The position numbers and the translations under genes are program-made. A model generated the notes under the pieces. The model did not search any database and was not told where the DNA came from. It saw only the letters and a program-made list of their open reading frames with translations. Positions 61,625-64,000 of a stretch of 64,000 nucleotides of DNA are shown in pieces. Location: assembly GCF_049706645.1 (NCBI RefSeq), contig NZ_JBNAKP010000019.1, positions 153 to 64,152 of the forward strand, in the 5' to 3' direction. Source of the stretch: Methanosarcina sp. GTDB lineage: Archaea > Halobacteriota > Methanosarcinia > Methanosarcinales > Methanosarcinaceae. How positions within the stretch are numbered: the first letter of the stretch is position 1; each line of letters starts with the position of its first letter.

Positions 61625-62119
61625 TTATACTGAACTAAGAGCATCTACGCGTCTCTTCAGAACTTCTATAAAATGAGAGTTGTCGTAGAAGACCAGATCT
61701 TCTCCACACATGGGGCAGAGAAACTCAGTTTCCGTAGCTTCGTCAAAAAGGAGGCGAACGCAGCCCTGAGGGCACGTATAGAAAACATTGTTTTCTTCAA
61801 ACTCAAGGCGAGTCTTCAGGTTACGGAGCAATTTTTTCTTTTCCCTCATAAGCTGGTGCTCGATGTCAGAAAAATCCAGGCGCCAGAGGTATGTTAACCA
61901 TCCGCTGTTTGAATCTCTCTCCCTGCGGCAGATTGCAAATTTATTTTCATATAATATGAAGAGCGTTCTCCTCACGGTGTTCAGCAGAACCCCGGTCTTT
62001 GCCGCAATTTCTTCATCCGTAACCTCGCCTTCGGGCATTTTTTCTATCATCTGTAGCCCTTCTTCCCCTACAAGGCTCATGAGGTATCCTCTAATTACCT
62101 TGTCATTTACATCGACCAA
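61625..62119 (-). CDS. tfe: Transcription factor E
   Basis: VTDEEIA...LNTVRRTLFILYE, GWLTYLW, CPQGC...CPMCG zinc ribbon; TTG 62119 behind GAGGTGA. Confidence 0.94.
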   Translation of the reverse strand: MVDVNDKVIRGYLMSLVGEEGLQMIEKMPEGEVTDEEIAAKTGVLLNTVRRTLFILYENKFAICRRERDSNSGWLTYLWRLDFSDIEHQLMREKKKLLRNLKTRLEFEENNVFYTCPQGCVRLLFDEATETEFLCPMCGEDLVFYDNSHFIEVLKRRVDALSSV

Positions 62120-62258
62120 TATGTTCACCTCGCAAATGCCAATATGAATTGGATATACCAGTATTAAAATTTACATTCCCCTTTTTCTTCCGGAAACTTT
62201 CCTTAGCCCGAAAAAATTGAACTCTCTTAACCCTGGATTTATACGTTTTCGGCAAATC

Positions 62259-63434
62259 TCAGGTATTTTTTCTTTTCGTTTGTTTTTCAATAAAAGCTTT
62301 TATCCTGTTTGCCCCTTTTTTAAGCGACAGGACTGCCTCTTCCCTGGTAGATGTGCACGCGAACAGGGAAGTAAGAGGCCCATCAGGCTCTGCAACAGTT
62401 CCCTCGAATGGAATGTCAGCGCTATTTTCCCTCAGAATGACGTCCATGAGCTTTCTGTCTATAAAAAGTTCTCGATCTGAGTAGATTACTCCTCTTGCAG
62501 CAAAACATTTGGCTTCGGGTTTTTCAGGAAGTTCCCCTCTGAAGCAGCCGGCGTGGGCCTCAAAAAGGTTAATATTCATTGCCTTCTCGACAGTATCAAG
62601 ACTTCCCTGGAATCTCGGGTTTATTTCAAGTACTACAGGTCCTTTTTCCGAAACCAGGAAGTCCACTCCGTTTGAGCCCAGGAGCTTGAATTCAAGTACC
62701 AGTTCTTCAGCCAGGGCTTCCATTTCTTCAGCTTGATCAGTCCTGAAAGGGGTTATATTTCCGCAATAAGCAAAGGGTAGCCGCGAAAGCCAGGGTATTC
62801 CTATTAGCTGTTCGTTCACAGCCACTGAAATAGCTTCATTCTTTGTAGAAAGCAAGGAAACGCTTGACGGTATTCCTTCAAGAAATTCCTGGATAATAAC
62901 GGTCTGTTCCGTAAGTTCCGGGTTCAGCTCGCGCAATTCCTCAAGGCTGGCTAAAAGCTCACGCCTGTTCCTGGCAATCCGGTTGAAAATTCCTCCCCCG
63001 CCTGAGGCTGGCTTAATCATAACCGGATATTCTATTGCATCCAGTTCTTTCGGTGAATAACAGCGTGGGTGAGGGACTCCCAGGGCTTCAAGCCTTTTTG
63101 AGAGATAAAGTTTGTCTGAGGCTTTCTGCAAGGCGTCCGGACTGCTGGCCAGTACAGGGCAGGAAAAATCCTTATGGTCAAGCATCTCCAGTCCTGAGCC
63201 CGGAACAAGGGCATCAAATTCAAGTCCGAATTCAGCCATCTGAGCTTTTATCCGGGAAATCTCAACCTTGTGCAGTTCCTGTACGGTTCCGCACTCCAGA
63301 AGCGCCGATGAATGTGCGCATTCTTGCAGGTCGAGATCACGGAAAGCATCTATAGAGCAGACCGTATAGCCAGCCCGGCTTGCAGAGCAGACAACGTTCC
63401 GGGTATTAAATCCGATTACAAGGATATTCTGCAT
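62259..63434 (-). CDS. ATP-grasp fold carboligase (COG2232-like)
   Basis: DAFRDLDL, DKLYL, MIKPASGGGG, QEFLEG, GVDFL, LEINPRFQGS. Confidence 0.85.
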   Translation of the reverse strand: MQNILVIGFNTRNVVCSASRAGYTVCSIDAFRDLDLQECAHSSALLECGTVQELHKVEISRIKAQMAEFGLEFDALVPGSGLEMLDHKDFSCPVLASSPDALQKASDKLYLSKRLEALGVPHPRCYSPKELDAIEYPVMIKPASGGGGIFNRIARNRRELLASLEELRELNPELTEQTVIIQEFLEGIPSSVSLLSTKNEAISVAVNEQLIGIPWLSRLPFAYCGNITPFRTDQAEEMEALAEELVLEFKLLGSNGVDFLVSEKGPVVLEINPRFQGSLDTVEKAMNINLFEAHAGCFRGELPEKPEAKCFAARGVIYSDRELFIDRKLMDVILRENSADIPFEGTVAEPDGPLTSLFACTSTREEAVLSLKKGANRIKAFIEKQTKRKNT

Positions 63435-63454
63435 ATTTCCTCTTTCTGAACCTT

Positions 63455-64000
63455 TCATTTTGCCTGCGGAATATCGGAATGTGCCAGCGCAAAGATTCCA
63501 TAAAGGGTTTTCAGGACAGGGATCTCGCTTCCTGCTTCTGCATTGAATGACATCGGCTTCTTTATAGCAACAGTCTCATACGTTTCGGGGTCGAGTACCA
63601 GAATCGCGTTGTCTTCGATTGAAACCAGCACCGTTAAAACCGCATCCGCCATATTGCCTATTTTCTCTGCTCCTTTTAATTCCTCAGGCGTTGAGATAAA
63701 TCTTGAGCCGTCCTCAAGGGAAATCCCGTTAACTTTTTTTCCTGAACTCTTGATCTGGATAATTTTTCCTCTGAACCTGATTACATCCCCTGGCCTGAAT
63801 TCAGGAAGGCGCACGGAAAAAGTAATTCTGTAAAGGTTCTTTCCATCTTTCATTCCCACAAGGGTCGGAGATTCGGAAAAGCTGCCTCCGAGCTCCGAGG
63901 TAATTAGCCGGGAGACCTGTCTGCTGGCATTCATGGAACCCATATAAAGGTCGATACCTTCCTTTTGCTCCAGAACCTCGCTTATGAACGCCAGGCGGTC
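63455..64000 (-). CDS. nmd3: NMD3-family protein, C-terminal part (start lies beyond the window)
   Basis: Frame is open to the window edge; GIDLYMGS, LVGMKDGKNLYRITFSVRLP, ILVLDPETYE. Confidence 0.8.
   Translation of the reverse strand, partial: DRLAFISEVLEQKEGIDLYMGSMNASRQVSRLITSELGGSFSESPTLVGMKDGKNLYRITFSVRLPEFRPGDVIRFRGKIIQIKSSGKKVNGISLEDGSRFISTPEELKGAEKIGNMADAVLTVLVSIEDNAILVLDPETYETVAIKKPMSFNAEAGSEIPVLKTLYGIFALAHSDIPQAK

Overview
Archaeal chromosomal window, almost certainly Methanosarcina (Ech hydrogenase, group II Mo-nitrogenase, archaeal TFE/PsmB/aCPSF1/NMD3, TATA promoters). Left to right: echABCDEF (minus); an arsenic/metal-resistance-type cluster (acr3, USP, Cys-rich mini-protein, DGC protein, thioredoxin, ArsP-like permease, tandem YnfA pair); two amt genes plus glnK; a TrmO-like/SAM-methyltransferase fusion; nifH-I1-I2-D-K-E-N-modABC; a geranylgeranyl reductase homolog; aldolase-pyk; tRNA-Asn/Ile2/Asn; cobT; proS; PUA-sepF-ZPR1; two MFS paralogs; three adjacent membrane pyrophosphatases; ftsZ; fttA-psmB; and NMD3-ATP-grasp-tfe-HD. 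No transposase, integrase, cas gene or CRISPR array was seen. Best leads: (1) three different mPPase subfamilies side by side; (2) a candidate ~130-nt sRNA with its own TATA box, a 15-bp stem and duplicated C-rich loop motifs; (3) a YnfA pair with opposite charge bias, suggesting an antiparallel heterodimer; (4) a triplicated promoter module upstream of ech; (5) a 27-bp palindromic repeat array with compensatory changes; (6) twin palindromic operators without a local regulator gene. All family assignments come from motif recognition by eye; no database searches were run.
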